Source: the human T2T-CHM13v2.0 reference genome, Homo sapiens. From it: a stretch of DNA of 64,000 nucleotides. Every line of letters begins with the position of its first letter. The first letter of the stretch is position 1. The notes beneath the pieces are model-generated. The model was not told the origin of the DNA and made no database searches. It saw nothing but the letters and a program-made list of their open reading frames with translations. Below are positions 62,390-64,000 of the stretch, one piece after another. The position numbers and the translations under genes are program-made. The DNA lies in assembly GCF_009914755.1 (NCBI RefSeq), contig NC_060927.1. One strand, given 5' to 3'.

Positions 62390-63639
62390 TCTAGAATAAA
62401 TTATAAATTGACATTCTATATCAGCAATAGAACAGGAATTACATGTTTTGATTTCATACAAAACTGTAGTCGTTTAAATAAATTGTAATGTCATGGAAGT
62501 GAAAAAATCTTCCTTGTATGTCCTGTGCTAATCTAATATATCTTCCTTCCAGGTATGGTAATCTAGAACTTGCACCATCTGTTTCTTTTCCACCTATCTG
62601 ACCTCTTTACTATCTTCCATTTTCCTAATTACCAATTTCCAGCTTCCTTTTAGAATTTTGTTTTTTAATCAGACTGATATATCCCAGAATTGACAACAGA
62701 AAGAAAAAGAATATATGATATATGAGTTACATGGTATTGAGCCCCAATTAGTTCATTGTCCCCAAAGCAAGTCAATATAGTTTTTTTTCAATTTTACAAT
62801 TTTAAATTCTCTTGGAAATGCATTAGCATGAGAACATCTAATAATTTTGTCTACAGCAGAGTAGATAACACAACTTTTCCTCAAGATTGGAGAATATCCA
62901 GCCCTGTATGGATTTTTATGTCATTATATAAAGCTATAGGAGCCAAACATCAATAAACAACATTAAAAAAAAAAACAGTCTTGAGAATTACACCAGTGTC
63001 ATCCAGATAGAAAGCAATTTCAAATCAATCTGGGAAAATTGTTTTCCAGGCTCTTAAGCAGTTTCAAATTTTCTTGGCCAGACACTTTGGAGGACTTTTC
63101 TGACATTTTTCTACATTAAAATCTAGAAAGTCAGAGGAATAAAATAATTTGAGTAAATTAAATATAGACACTACTTATCTAATGGATGTACAATAAATTA
63201 TCAGGTCTTGTTATTTATACTTTCTAACCATTTTTAGGATTCTTCTCTTCCTAAATATCCCTGATTCCCTTATCTTTTTCTTGGATATTTGTAGTATCTT
63301 CCTTCTTCAAAACAAATTATTCAGCCAATTTGAACTACTTCTGTATTCATGAATACACCATACACTGTTTAATGCTTCAGATCCTTAGTACAGTTGTTTA
63401 CTCTCCCTAGAGCACCCTTATTCTGTCTTCACGGAAAATTATTATGCATCCCTCAGTTAATACTGGTATATGCTGGAAGGCCACACGTGCCATATTCTAT
63501 TTATCAAACCTAGTCCCAAGATCAACTATGACTTCAGGAGGTTAGAAAACTAGATCTCAAAACTCTGAATGTAAGGAGTATTGCAAGGTGTGTGTATACT
63601 GCAATGGGATGGATTTTTAGCCTTTAAACAATCTACTAC

Positions 63640-64000
63640 TATCTTAGTCTGTTTTGTGCTACTACAACAGAATACCTGAGTCTGGGTAATTTATAAACTG
63701 TAGAAGTTTATTTGGCACACAGTTCTAGAGGCTGGGAAGTTCAAGATCAAGGGGTCACATCTGGTGAGAGCCTTCTTGCTTCATCATCCCAGGGTAAAAG
63801 GCTGAAGGGAAAGAAAGCATGTACAAGAGAAAGAGGAAAAGAGGCCAAAGTCATCCTCTCATCAGGAATCCACTCCCACAATAACCCACCCTCACAATAA
63901 TAGCATGAATCTACTCGTGAAGGCAGAGCCCTCATGACTGAGTCACCACTTAAAGGTCCCACCTCTCAAAACTATTGCATTGGGGATTAAGAGTTCAATA
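63640..64000 (-). mobile_element. MST-family MaLR LTR (runs off window)
   Basis: 'ttagtctgttttgtgctactacaacagaatacctgagtctgggtaatttata...taaaggtcccacctctc...ttggggattaa'. Confidence 0.88.

Noticed and set aside
62500-62545. Possible U6 snRNA fragment ('ccttg...tgctaatct')
   Set aside because: Match too short and gapped; no flanking U6 sequence or TSD

Overview
AT-rich, CpG-depleted hominid (most likely human) genomic DNA. The SVA and the L1PA2-type insertion restrict it to great apes. No intact protein-coding gene, tRNA, rRNA or CRISPR array is supportable. The only host-gene-derived sequence is a processed pseudogene of SSX2IP (ADIP/Msd1) on the minus strand. Its CDS-derived part is 49469-51322, and it appears to keep UTRs including a MIR-derived 5' UTR segment. 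The rest is layered transposable elements: nine Alus, a 5'-truncated SVA, a 5.4-kb L1PA16-like element, a 2.2-kb L1PA8-like element, a ~140-bp L1PA2 tail, older L1M/L2/MIR fragments, solo LTRs (MER11, MER4A, MER83, MER39, MER34, LTR37, MLT1/MLT2, MST) and DNA-transposon fossils (MADE1, MER5A, MER58, MER94). There is also a GGAA microsatellite, a 33-bp minisatellite and a 48-bp palindrome. Subfamily names come from recalled consensus sequences and need RepeatMasker/Dfam confirmation; boundaries of old elements are approximate. I found no evidence of a new multi-gene system; the findings are modest genome-evolution and regulatory leads.
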